Made by a program: the position numbers and the translations under genes. A stretch of DNA of 64,000 bases from Lentimicrobiaceae bacterium (lineage in GTDB: Bacteria > Bacteroidota > Bacteroidia > Bacteroidales > UBA4417). Position 1 is the stretch's first letter. The number at the start of each line of letters is the position of its first letter. The notes under the pieces are model-generated. The model did no database searches. It had not been told where the DNA came from and saw only the letters and a program-made list of their open reading frames with translations. Positions 17,340 through 26,571 of this stretch are shown in pieces. The stretch lies in NCBI GenBank assembly GCA_033809755.1, contig JAPXLB010000004.1, positions 3,030-67,029 on the forward strand, read 5' to 3'.

Positions 17340-18473
17340 CTAAATTTTTAGCAATAATTCTTCTAAATCTTTTTCAAGATTGTCATTATATCCATTTATT
17401 ATTGATATTATTTTATTATCGCTTGCATTATACAACACAAAAATAGGATAACCTTTGTCGCTTAGATTTTTAAAAAAGCCCCTCTTTGAAGGAATAACAA
17501 TAGGCATAGTTACATGCATTTTATCAGCAAATTTCTTTATTTTTTCTATATCATCATCAACTTCATTAATACTATAAAAAGCTATTCTATCTTTATATTT
17601 CTCATAAAGTTTTTCAACAATTGGAGCGGCTCGCATGCATGGCATGCAACCGGCATACCAAACATCGACAAATACATAACCTTGTTTAGGTAACATAACT
17701 TTGTTCTTGTTTATATCTGTAAAGGTAACATCTTTAAAATCAATAAACATATCTGAACTTATTTGAGTATCATCAGAAATAACAACAATTTCATCTTGTC
17801 TTTCTTCATAAATTATTTCGTATGGATAATAAAAGTTTGTATTTATTGGTTCAAAGCTGTAATTACTAAAGGTATAACCCTGAAATTGCATTCCAATGTT
17901 ATTTATATATTTAATTTGAAGATAATATCGGTCAATAACATTATTTATTGTGTCAAGATATGTAACATAATCAATATCTTCAATCATTTCCGGAAATGAT
18001 TGACTATTGTGTTTTAGTAGTACATTTCTGCCGTTACTTCCAATTTTTTTATAGGAATCTTGACCGTAATACTTTACAACTGTAGTATCAAAAAAAATAC
18101 TTCCTATTGGAAAAAAATCAATTATTGCTCCATAACCTGCAACATCATTTCTCCCACCAATATATCTAATTTGTTTTTCTTTATGAACAATTTGCCATAT
18201 TGAATCATTTTTAAGTATGTATTCTATATTATTACTAATATCATTTATCCTAAAGAAAGCCACCTTATTGCCATTTTTGACTAACTGAACTTTAGCACTT
18301 TTTGCGGTAGTGTCATTCTCAAATAAATTTAATTTCTTTACTGTAATTTCGTATGAAAGGAATTTTTTTTCAATAATATTTTTCGAATACTCGTAAATAT
18401 AATTCTTATTTTGTCCTATTACTAATATTTGTGTCGCAAACAAATATGCTAGAATAATTATTTTTTTTCCCAT
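17340..18473 (-). CDS. Secreted TlpA/redoxin-like thiol-disulfide oxidoreductase with a large N-terminal domain of unknown function
   Basis: 377-aa ORF with a signal peptide. The C-terminal thioredoxin fold carries a CxxC motif (VWYAGCMPCMRAAP). Confidence 0.65.
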   Translation of the reverse strand: MGKKIIILAYLFATQILVIGQNKNYIYEYSKNIIEKKFLSYEITVKKLNLFENDTTAKSAKVQLVKNGNKVAFFRINDISNNIEYILKNDSIWQIVHKEKQIRYIGGRNDVAGYGAIIDFFPIGSIFFDTTVVKYYGQDSYKKIGSNGRNVLLKHNSQSFPEMIEDIDYVTYLDTINNVIDRYYLQIKYINNIGMQFQGYTFSNYSFEPINTNFYYPYEIIYEERQDEIVVISDDTQISSDMFIDFKDVTFTDINKNKVMLPKQGYVFVDVWYAGCMPCMRAAPIVEKLYEKYKDRIAFYSINEVDDDIEKIKKFADKMHVTMPIVIPSKRGFFKNLSDKGYPIFVLYNASDNKIISIINGYNDNLEKDLEELLLKI

Positions 18474-18511
18474 CTGTAATTTTTTTTGTTTTTAATACGA
18501 AAAATATTTTG

Positions 18512-18546
18512 TATTGATTAAAGTCCAAAGTTAAAACAATATTTAT
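18512..18546 (-). promoter_or_regulatory. Shared promoter/leader module, copy B (contains -7 box TAACTTTG on the minus strand)
   Basis: tattgattaaagtccaaagttaaaacaatatttat. Plus-strand caaagtta at 18526-18533 is TAACTTTG on the minus strand. Confidence 0.5.
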
Positions 18547-18616
18547 AATAGAACAAAATTTTTTATTAAATAAATAATAAATTTCGATTTTTTCTTTGTA
18601 GATCAGAAAATTATAA

Positions 18617-18624
18617 TATTTTTG
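18617..18624 (+). promoter_or_regulatory. Candidate -7 promoter box TATTTTTG upstream of the lipid operon
   Basis: Matches TAnnTTTG. It lies 54 nt upstream of the ATG at 18678. Confidence 0.3.
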
Positions 18625-18677
18625 TAATATGTTTAATAGATTTATTAAATAACTCAATTAAATAGATTAATTAAATT

Positions 18678-19460
18678 ATGTATAATCGGAACATACATTG
18701 CCAAGAAAGGTATTACACTTCTTTCGACGTGGACTTTGTAGAAAACCGCGGTCAGAACTACGTGCTGCCGGAGGATTACGAGTGGATTCCCAAAAAGAAA
18801 TCTCAAATAAGGAAACAAAAATGGGCATATTTGCTTGCAAGGATTTTCGCCTACTTTTACTGTAAGTTCAGATTACACATTACAGTGGTCGGGAAGGAGA
18901 AAATAAGAGATGTAGGGAAGTCGGGTTTTTTCTTGTATGGAAATCACACCTTGGCGATGGGCGATGTATTCCTACCTGCTCACGTCTGCGGTAGTAAGAG
19001 AGTTTTCATCGTCGCAGATACAGCTAACCTTGGTATCCCCGTGGTAGGAAAATGGTTACCCTGCTTGGGTGCTTTACCAATACCCAGTGGGATTAAAGCA
19101 ATGGCAAAATTTTGTGCGGCTATTAATACTAGGATAGAGCAGGGCTGTTGTGTTACTTTATATCCTGAGGCTCACCTGTGGCCCTACTGTACCTTTATCC
19201 GTCCTATGAGCCGAACTGCATTTCGTTTTCCGGTCGAAAACCGAGTGCCCTCTTTCACGCTTTCAGTTACCTTTCAAAAAAGACGTTTCGGTAAGAAACC
19301 AAGAATCACGGCTTTTGTCGATGGTCCAATAGTTCCCGATGCGAACTTAACACTTAGAGAGCAATCAGCTGACCTGCAAAGCAAGGTAATGAAAACAATA
19401 AAAGACCGTTTAATTGCGAATACGTACACCTATGTTAACTATATAAAATCACCATTATGA
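18678..19460 (+). CDS. Divergent LPLAT/PlsC-superfamily acyltransferase
   Basis: 260-aa ORF. The motif-I-like GNHTLAMGD has atypical His-Asp spacing. LYPEAHLW is motif-III-like. The stop overlaps the next start (ATGA). Confidence 0.6.
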   Translation: MYNRNIHCQERYYTSFDVDFVENRGQNYVLPEDYEWIPKKKSQIRKQKWAYLLARIFAYFYCKFRLHITVVGKEKIRDVGKSGFFLYGNHTLAMGDVFLPAHVCGSKRVFIVADTANLGIPVVGKWLPCLGALPIPSGIKAMAKFCAAINTRIEQGCCVTLYPEAHLWPYCTFIRPMSRTAFRFPVENRVPSFTLSVTFQKRRFGKKPRITAFVDGPIVPDANLTLREQSADLQSKVMKTIKDRLIANTYTYVNYIKSPL

Positions 19461-20308
19461 ATGTATTATACTGTGGCGATAAGAATATTGAGGATGGTCT
19501 CATCATATCTGTGCTTTCTCTTATCGAGCATACGAAAGAGGAGCTTAACGTGTATGTGATGACAGCCCAATTTTCGTACAAGAATAAAGAGTACCTCAAG
19601 GTTGGCGAGGATACTATTTCAATTCTTAGGCAATACCTAAAAAAAGCTAACCAGTTGAGTGACATTAAACTATTAGACATAACGCAACTTTTCAAATCCG
19701 AATTACCTACTGCTAACATGAGAACGCGTTTCACACCTTGCTGCATGTTGCGTCTATTGGCTGATCGCGTAGAAGAATTGCCCGATAAGTTGCTTTACCT
19801 TGATAACGACGTAGTTTGTCGGAAGAGCATTGACGAATTTTACAATCAAGATATATCTGATGTTGAATTCGTCGGCATCCTCGACCATTACGGTAGTTGG
19901 TTATTTAGGAAGAAACCCTTTAAACGCAATTATGTCAATTCCGGCGTATTGCTTATGAACCTTTCAAAAATCCGAGAAACCGGATTATTTAAGAAAGCGT
20001 TGCAACGATGCAAGGAGAAAAGGATGTTTATGCCCGACCAAACTGCCATAAATCATTATGTTACAGAAAAGCGACTCGCAGAGAGAAAATTCAACGAGCA
20101 GCGAAGGATGCGTGCTGATACGGTAATGCGGCACTACACCACCACGTTCCGATTTTTCCCATGGTTCCATCATGTTTATGTTAAACCCTGGCAAATTGAT
20201 CGTATGCATAAGATCCTCAAAGATTACGAATTTGATCACCTGTTTCAGGAATACTCTAAGATTAAGATGTCAATAGTTGGATGTGAACAAAGTTATAATA
20301 TTAACTGA
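19457..20308 (+). CDS. Glycosyltransferase family 8 (retaining, LPS glucosyl/galactosyltransferase-like)
   Basis: 283-aa ORF with LLYLDNDVVC (DxD), VNSGVLLMNL and HHVYVKPW (the GT8 C-terminal H..KPW signature). Confidence 0.8.
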   Translation: MNVLYCGDKNIEDGLIISVLSLIEHTKEELNVYVMTAQFSYKNKEYLKVGEDTISILRQYLKKANQLSDIKLLDITQLFKSELPTANMRTRFTPCCMLRLLADRVEELPDKLLYLDNDVVCRKSIDEFYNQDISDVEFVGILDHYGSWLFRKKPFKRNYVNSGVLLMNLSKIRETGLFKKALQRCKEKRMFMPDQTAINHYVTEKRLAERKFNEQRRMRADTVMRHYTTTFRFFPWFHHVYVKPWQIDRMHKILKDYEFDHLFQEYSKIKMSIVGCEQSYNIN

Positions 20309-20394
20309 CGGCTTAACATATAAGTCTGAATAAAACTAAACAAACATGTATAAAAAAGACACTTTAGAATTAATAAATTAATAAATATAACCAA

Positions 20395-21354
20395 ATGGAA
20401 TCCAAAAATTTAATCCCCGTGTTTTTTGCTATTGATGACGCATACGCGCCCTTGCTTGGTGTGGCGTTAAAATCAATCATCATTAATGCTTCAAAGAAGA
20501 GAAACTACAAAGTCATTATTATTCAAGAGAATGTTAGTGATACTAACCAGCGTAAATTGTTATCACTTGCCAACGAGAATTTTGATATAGAAATCATATC
20601 AATGGGCAAATCGTTAGAAAATATTACCGACCGCAGCGAGAATAGACTTCGATGTGACTATTTCACGATGACCATCTTCTTTAGATTGTTCATTCCTGAA
20701 ATGTTTCCGGAATACGATAAGTGTCTTTACTTAGACAGCGACATCGTAGTTCCCGGTGATATATCCGAGCTGTATGACACTGACGTACAAAACTACCTTA
20801 TCGCTGCTTGCCCCGACTACTCATCCTCCGACGTACCTCCGCTCATCAATTGGATGGAAAACGCCGTCGGGGTTGATCGGCACAAATACGTTAATTCGGG
20901 TATCTTGGTAATGAACCTGAAGAAGTTGCGTGAAGTGAAACTTGAGGAACACTTCATGCATTTGCTCAACACCTACCACTTTGATTGCATTGCACCCGAC
21001 CAAGATTACTTGAACGCAATGTGCAAGGGGCAGATTTTCTTTCTTGATGAATCGTGGGACGTTATGCCTAACCCGCGAAGGAAGGAGCATCCTGCGCCAA
21101 AGCTTATCCATTACAACCTGTTTGAAAAACCATGGTGCTACGATAATATTCAATATGCCGATTATTTCTGGAAGTACGCCGAAATGAGCGATTTCTATGC
21201 ACAAGTAAAGGAGATAAAAGATAACTACAGTGAGGAACAAAAGCTTCGTGACGAGCAAAGTTTCAATCTGCTCATTCAAAAAGCTAAAACCGTCCCCGAC
21301 ACCGGAGTAACTTTCGTAAAAATGGGCAAAGAGAACGTAAAGATAAAGCTATGA
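20395..21354 (+). CDS. Glycosyltransferase family 8
   Basis: 319-aa ORF with IPVFFAIDDAYAP, CLYLDSDIVVPGD (DxD), VNSGILVMNLKKLRE and IHYNLFEKPW. Confidence 0.85.
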   Translation: MESKNLIPVFFAIDDAYAPLLGVALKSIIINASKKRNYKVIIIQENVSDTNQRKLLSLANENFDIEIISMGKSLENITDRSENRLRCDYFTMTIFFRLFIPEMFPEYDKCLYLDSDIVVPGDISELYDTDVQNYLIAACPDYSSSDVPPLINWMENAVGVDRHKYVNSGILVMNLKKLREVKLEEHFMHLLNTYHFDCIAPDQDYLNAMCKGQIFFLDESWDVMPNPRRKEHPAPKLIHYNLFEKPWCYDNIQYADYFWKYAEMSDFYAQVKEIKDNYSEEQKLRDEQSFNLLIQKAKTVPDTGVTFVKMGKENVKIKL

Positions 21355-22205
21355 ACGATATAGATGGAAATCCGGTAATTTGCAATATCCGCAATGCAGT
21401 TGAAAAGGGATTGTTTCACGTCAAAGTGGAAGTGGGAGAGCCTGAATTTAATGCTGATGAGAAACGTGAAATTATCGAGAAATACTCGAAAGAACGAGAA
21501 ACAATGTCTTATTGGGTTAAAAATCGCATTGTTTGCATAGCTCAAAATGTGGTGTCTTTGTTGAGAAACATCAATACTAAGTATATTGGCATTGAAAACA
21601 CAAAAACGCTGGGAGACACGGGCGCAATTGTTACTAGTAATCATTTTAACCCGTTGGAAAACACTGCCATCTTCCGTGTGATAAAAAAAATAGGACGTCG
21701 AAAAAAAATGTATGCCATCAGTCAGGTATCGAACTTCAAAATGACGGGAATCATCGGCTTCTTATTGCGTTACGCTAATGTAATTCCAATCAGCAAGGAT
21801 TCTACGGAGTACATGTGCGAGAAATTTCCTGACCATGTTCAAATGGTGCTAAAAAAGGGCAATTTCATCCTCATGTATCCGGAGCAAGAAATGTGGCGCA
21901 ATTATCGTAAGCCTCGTCCATTGAAGTTGGGAGCTTATTTTTATGCTGCTAAATTTAATGTGCAGATTTTGCCTTGTTTCGTGGAGATACGTGATGAGCG
22001 TACTTTGTTCGGTATTTGGAATACGCGATATTTCGTTCATATACTGCCTGTCATAACCCCCAATCCGGAGTTAGATATAAAAACTGATGCTAAGCGCATG
22101 TTGCTCATCGATTACGAGCAGAAAAAAAATGCTTACGAGCGAGCATACGGACGACCCTTGGATTACACTTTTGACGCTTCGGATATTGCAGGAGGCATAA
22201 AATGA
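21351..22205 (+). CDS. Divergent LPLAT/PlsC-superfamily acyltransferase
   Basis: 284-aa ORF with TSNHFNPLEN (HX4E variant of motif I) and MYPEQEMW (motif III-like). Both neighbouring gene junctions are ATGA overlaps. Confidence 0.6.
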   Translation: MNDIDGNPVICNIRNAVEKGLFHVKVEVGEPEFNADEKREIIEKYSKERETMSYWVKNRIVCIAQNVVSLLRNINTKYIGIENTKTLGDTGAIVTSNHFNPLENTAIFRVIKKIGRRKKMYAISQVSNFKMTGIIGFLLRYANVIPISKDSTEYMCEKFPDHVQMVLKKGNFILMYPEQEMWRNYRKPRPLKLGAYFYAAKFNVQILPCFVEIRDERTLFGIWNTRYFVHILPVITPNPELDIKTDAKRMLLIDYEQKKNAYERAYGRPLDYTFDASDIAGGIK

Positions 22206-25200
22206 TACATGTAGGTATAGACATCGGGTCAACCACGGTTAAAATTGCCGCGATATCACCAACGGATAACAAATTGTTATACAAGAAATACGTCAGGCAT
22301 CATTCTCTGCAGGTTCGTACGTTAATAGAATTGTTAGACAACTTTCACGATGAATTCCGGTCGGAAACATGTAAAGTTGCAATTTGCGGTTCAGGTGGGA
22401 AACCCATCGCTGAGAAATTACGCGTTCCGTTCATTCAAGAGGTAGTTGCCAATGCCAACGCTGTCTGTTACTTGTACCCTGAAACCCGAACTGCGATTGA
22501 GCTTGGGGGACAGGATGCCAAGGTCATCTTTTTTTACCGAGACGAACACGACGGTCAACCAAAGGTATCAGATATGCGTATGAATGGTAATTGTGCCGGC
22601 GGCACGGGTGCCTTTATTGATGAAATAGCCCAATTACTTGATGTTCAAACTTCGGAATTTGATGCGCTCGCAGCCCAAGCTTCCAGAGTTTATGATATTT
22701 CAGGTCGTTGTGGCGTGTTTGCCAAGACAGATATCCAGCCCTTATTGATTCAAGGGGCAGCCCATGCCGACATTGCCCTTTCTACGTTTCATGCGATAGC
22801 GAAGCAAACAATCGGGGGACTTTCACAAGGTCTTGAGATTACTCCTCCTATTATTTTCGAAGGTGGACCCTTAACTTTCAACAAACAGTTGGTGAGAGTC
22901 TTCGTGGAACGGCTCCAACTTAAGGGAAATGATATCATCGTTCCGAAATACCCTGAAATTATCGTTGCCTATGGTGCTGCTCTTTCCATTGATAGACTCC
23001 AGAATGATAAGACCGATAATAGCTTCACGATAGATGAACTTCTAAAAAAATTAAGAAACATAGAGAGCGAAATCAGAATATCAACTAATGAGCCTCCTTT
23101 CTTTGATACTGAAAAAGATTACGCCGAATTCGCCGAAAGGCATGACAAAGAGTTGCGTGAAAATGCGATAGCAACTCCTCAAAACGGTATATTAGACGTT
23201 TACCTTGGCATAGATTCGGGTAGCACTACCTCTAAGTTTGTGCTCATAAATGAAGAAGAACAAGTGATTGAACGCTTTTACGCACCCAATTTAGGCAAAC
23301 CTTTGGACGTATTGAAGCGGGGACTGACGGAAGTTTACGGCAAGTACAAAAAGCAAGGCATTGAGTTGAACGTTAAGGGGTTTGGCAGTACGGGCTACGG
23401 TGAATTGATGACGGCAAACGCGTTAGGGGCAGATTATCACATCGTTGAGACAGTCGCACATGCTCAAGCTGCCTTACATTATTACCCCGACACCACATTC
23501 CTTTTAGATATTGGAGGACAGGACATGAAAGCCATATGGATTGATAACGGAGTGATAACCAATATTATGCTAAATGAAGCCTGCTCTTCGGGTTGCGGTT
23601 CTTTCCTTGAGAATTTCGCTGTTACGATGAAGATTCCGGTGGAAGAGATTGGTGCAGCTGCATTTCGCTCAACATCCCCGGCTAAGTTGGGAAGCCGTTG
23701 TACGGTTTTTATGACCAGTAGCATCGTAACCGAGCAACGCAACGGTAAGTCGCCGGACGATATCATGGCTGGTCTATGCCGTTCCATCATAGAGAATGTC
23801 TTCACTAAGGTGGTTAGGATTAACAATACCGATAGCTTGGGTAATAAAATTGTAGTACAGGGAGGTACTTTTCGAAATCGTGCGGTGCTGCGTGCCTTTG
23901 AAGAATACCTTGGCAAGGAGGTGCGACTTGCGCCATACCCGGGAGAGATGGGTGCAGTCGGTGTCGCCTTGCTCACGAAACAGCATATTGAGAAGTTAGG
24001 GTGCGTAGCTGAAAATAGTAGCAATTTCATAGGTTTCGACGAATTGAAAAGTTTTGACTATGTAACTGAGTCGGGTGTGCCATGTCCGCATTGTGCTAAT
24101 CATTGCTTACGAACCATAATCCGTTTCCCGAAAGGAAAAGCTTGGGTAACCGGAAACAAGTGCGAACGTGGGGCTGAACTTACCGACGGGAAAAAAGACA
24201 AAAAATTGAAGGTAAAAAAAACCGAAAGAAGTGCGACAGACCTTTTCTCAAAAAGAGCGAGGATGTTATTTGAGCCATACCCTTGTGAAAATGTGTCGAA
24301 CCAAAAAAGAGAAATTGTGGGCTTGCCCCGCACGTTGGAATTCTGGAACAGTATGCCGTTTTGGAGTACTTTCTTTAAAGCATTGGGATTCAAAACGTTG
24401 TTCTCAAACCCTAGCGATCAAGAAATCTACGAGAAAGGTCTTCAGTTTGTGGCATCCGATACTATATGTTTTCCGGCTAAGATGGTACACGGGCATATCG
24501 AAAACCTTGCCGAAAAAGGTGTCGACCGCGTATTCCTGCCTTATGTGATGCATTTGCCACCTGAGGGCGTGGACAAGTTAAGTCCCTACGTCTGTTCCAT
24601 CATCATGGGATATTCCATGGTAGTCAGAAATACGCAAGATCCGGCAAAAAGGCATAGTATTCACTTAGATACACCTATATTTCACTGGTTTTCAGAAAAA
24701 GACAGAATTCGACAAATTTGCGATTTCGCCGTTGAAAGTCTAAATGTTAGCCGAAAGGAGGCAAAACAAGCTTACCTATCAGCCCTAAACTCTATGACAA
24801 CATTTAAAACTATGCTCCGCTCCGAAGCTGAACGCCTTATACAGGAAGCTGAACGTGCGAACAAAACGGTTATTGTTTTAGCCGGTCGACCTTATCACAG
24901 TGACCCGTTTATTTCGCACAATGTTACCAAGTTCTTTATTGAAAAAGGACTCTCCGTTATCCCTGTAGATGCTTTACCCGGCTTAGAAGAAGTGGATTTA
25001 CGCCATACTAACATTGAGATTACTAACAACTTCCACACGAGGATGCTAGCGGGGGCTGTTATAGCAGCACAAAACCCGGCGCTCGAATACGTACAATTGG
25101 TCAGTTTTGGATGTGGGCACGATGCTGTACTCTCCGACGAGATTGTTCGCATAATGAAATGTTGCGGTAACAAATCTCCATTAATCCTAAAAATTGATGA

Positions 25201-26551
25201 AAGCGAGGCAAGCGGTTCTTTACGCATTCGTATCCAATCGTTCATAGAAACCATTACCAATCATAAGAATAGTACGATTCCTGCGAGCACTCTACCAGCA
25301 CCAAATCCTGTGAAATTTTATAAAAAAGACAAACAAAAACGTACGGTATTGATTCCCAACATTTCTGCAGAAATGATGATATTGATGGATGCTATCTTAG
25401 AGAAGAAGGGCTTTAGAGTACAGAGGGTTCCTGTGGGTGGTAAGCGACAAATCAGTTTAGGTAAGAAGTACGTACACAACGACATTTGTTTCCCGTGCCA
25501 AATGGTTATAGGTGAGTTGATAGCTGCGTTGCAGGACGGCAACTATCGTAGCGATGAGGTGGCAGTGGGTATGGTGAAGTTTCAATGCGACTGTCGGCTA
25601 TCGCACTATGCCGGCTTACTGCGTAAAGGACTCGATGCGGCGGGCTTCAACGATGTGCCCATTATTACTACCGATGTGAATGACACTAAAGAGAATAATC
25701 CCGGCATAACGTTGTTGAGTCTGCCGGCTATTTTTGAAGTCGCAAACAGCTTTATGATGTTGGATATTATAAATGAGCTTTGTCGGAAAATCCGTCCGTA
25801 CGAACTTCGTGCCGGCGATACAGACCAATGGCTGCAAAAAAGCATCCGAAGTATTGCTAAAGCTATTAATGATGGTATTTTAGCCGCCAGAGAAACTTTT
25901 AAGCAATGTATCAACGAGCTAAAACATATTAAATACAATAGAGAGAGACCTAAACCGAGAGTTTTCGTAACGGGTGAGTTGTTAGTAACGTACCATCCGG
26001 GGTCTAATTTTAACATAGAACGTTATCTTGAAAAAACGGGCATGGAAACCATTTTCCCACGCTTTACCGACCAGCTAAGGAAAGATTTTTTAGCACAAGT
26101 GTGGCAAAAACGAGATTTTAAGGCAGACGTGCCACGTTATCCGTACTTGGTTACGTGGCTGTTCAACAACACGCAACGCTCTCTTGAAAATATTGCTGTT
26201 GCTCATCCATTGTTTCAAAAGACCCTTAGTCCGGCAAAGTTATACGAAGATGTAAAAGAAATCATCCCGGGAACGTTAAGTTGTGGCGAAGGTTGGCTAA
26301 TGGCGGCAGATATAATGCATTATGCTAAACAAGGCGTAACCTCGCACATTATTTTGCAACCCTTTGGCTGTCTGCCGAACCACGTGTGCGGTAGAGGCGT
26401 GATAAAAAAGTTAAAGGAGTGTTGTCCCGACATTTCTATTTTACCGCTTGACCTCGACCCTGACACAAGCTACGCAAATATAGAGAACCGACTACAAATG
26501 TTAATTATGAACATGCAATATAGCACAAAAAATGCTTACCTTTGCAAATAG
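22202..26551 (+). CDS. Fusion of two BcrAD/BadFG (HgdC-like) activase ATPase domains with DUF2229 and HgdB/2-hydroxyacyl-CoA-dehydratase-like modules; BCR/HAD-type radical enzyme resembling anaerobic plasmalogen synthase PlsA/PlsR
   Basis: 1449-aa ORF. Domain 1 has VGIDIGSTTVKIA, NGNCAGGTGAFIDE and SGRCGVFAKTD. Domain 2 has LGIDSGSTTSKFV, NEACSSGCGSFLE and GSRCTVFMTSS. A Cys motif CPHCANHC follows, then a DUF2229-like part (GLPRTLEFWNSMPFWSTFFKALGF...DTICFPAKMVHGH) and a second HAD-like part (VHNDICFPCQMVIGE...FQCDCRLSHY...QPFGCLPNHV). Confidence 0.85.
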   Translation: MIHVGIDIGSTTVKIAAISPTDNKLLYKKYVRHHSLQVRTLIELLDNFHDEFRSETCKVAICGSGGKPIAEKLRVPFIQEVVANANAVCYLYPETRTAIELGGQDAKVIFFYRDEHDGQPKVSDMRMNGNCAGGTGAFIDEIAQLLDVQTSEFDALAAQASRVYDISGRCGVFAKTDIQPLLIQGAAHADIALSTFHAIAKQTIGGLSQGLEITPPIIFEGGPLTFNKQLVRVFVERLQLKGNDIIVPKYPEIIVAYGAALSIDRLQNDKTDNSFTIDELLKKLRNIESEIRISTNEPPFFDTEKDYAEFAERHDKELRENAIATPQNGILDVYLGIDSGSTTSKFVLINEEEQVIERFYAPNLGKPLDVLKRGLTEVYGKYKKQGIELNVKGFGSTGYGELMTANALGADYHIVETVAHAQAALHYYPDTTFLLDIGGQDMKAIWIDNGVITNIMLNEACSSGCGSFLENFAVTMKIPVEEIGAAAFRSTSPAKLGSRCTVFMTSSIVTEQRNGKSPDDIMAGLCRSIIENVFTKVVRINNTDSLGNKIVVQGGTFRNRAVLRAFEEYLGKEVRLAPYPGEMGAVGVALLTKQHIEKLGCVAENSSNFIGFDELKSFDYVTESGVPCPHCANHCLRTIIRFPKGKAWVTGNKCERGAELTDGKKDKKLKVKKTERSATDLFSKRARMLFEPYPCENVSNQKREIVGLPRTLEFWNSMPFWSTFFKALGFKTLFSNPSDQEIYEKGLQFVASDTICFPAKMVHGHIENLAEKGVDRVFLPYVMHLPPEGVDKLSPYVCSIIMGYSMVVRNTQDPAKRHSIHLDTPIFHWFSEKDRIRQICDFAVESLNVSRKEAKQAYLSALNSMTTFKTMLRSEAERLIQEAERANKTVIVLAGRPYHSDPFISHNVTKFFIEKGLSVIPVDALPGLEEVDLRHTNIEITNNFHTRMLAGAVIAAQNPALEYVQLVSFGCGHDAVLSDEIVRIMKCCGNKSPLILKIDESEASGSLRIRIQSFIETITNHKNSTIPASTLPAPNPVKFYKKDKQKRTVLIPNISAEMMILMDAILEKKGFRVQRVPVGGKRQISLGKKYVHNDICFPCQMVIGELIAALQDGNYRSDEVAVGMVKFQCDCRLSHYAGLLRKGLDAAGFNDVPIITTDVNDTKENNPGITLLSLPAIFEVANSFMMLDIINELCRKIRPYELRAGDTDQWLQKSIRSIAKAINDGILAARETFKQCINELKHIKYNRERPKPRVFVTGELLVTYHPGSNFNIERYLEKTGMETIFPRFTDQLRKDFLAQVWQKRDFKADVPRYPYLVTWLFNNTQRSLENIAVAHPLFQKTLSPAKLYEDVKEIIPGTLSCGEGWLMAADIMHYAKQGVTSHIILQPFGCLPNHVCGRGVIKKLKECCPDISILPLDLDPDTSYANIENRLQMLIMNMQYSTKNAYLCK
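26537..26544 (+). promoter_or_regulatory. Candidate internal -7 box TACCTTTG just upstream of tetR
   Basis: Matches TAnnTTTG. It lies 28 nt upstream of the ATG at 26572, inside the last codons of the 1449-aa gene. Confidence 0.3.
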
Positions 26552-26571
26552 ATATACAAGCACGAGATATA

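Noticed and set aside
18406-18657. 83-aa ORF in the AT-rich spacer upstream of the TlpA-like gene.
   Set aside because: It overlaps the TlpA-like start and the promoter module, and its extreme AT-driven Ile/Asn/Lys/Phe composition points to a chance ORF.
23482-24030. 182-aa antisense ORF inside the 1449-aa gene. The same applies to many similar shadow ORFs in the track: 1037..1327, 2104..2550, 3839..4141, 6476..7033, 19435..19746, 20821..21279, 21276..21644, 25606..26016, 28815..29276, 29179..29535, 33568..34107, 43338..43838, 47067..47606 and 49943..50272.
   Set aside because: All lie opposite or out of frame within longer ORFs that carry clear family motifs. None has a recognisable motif of its own.
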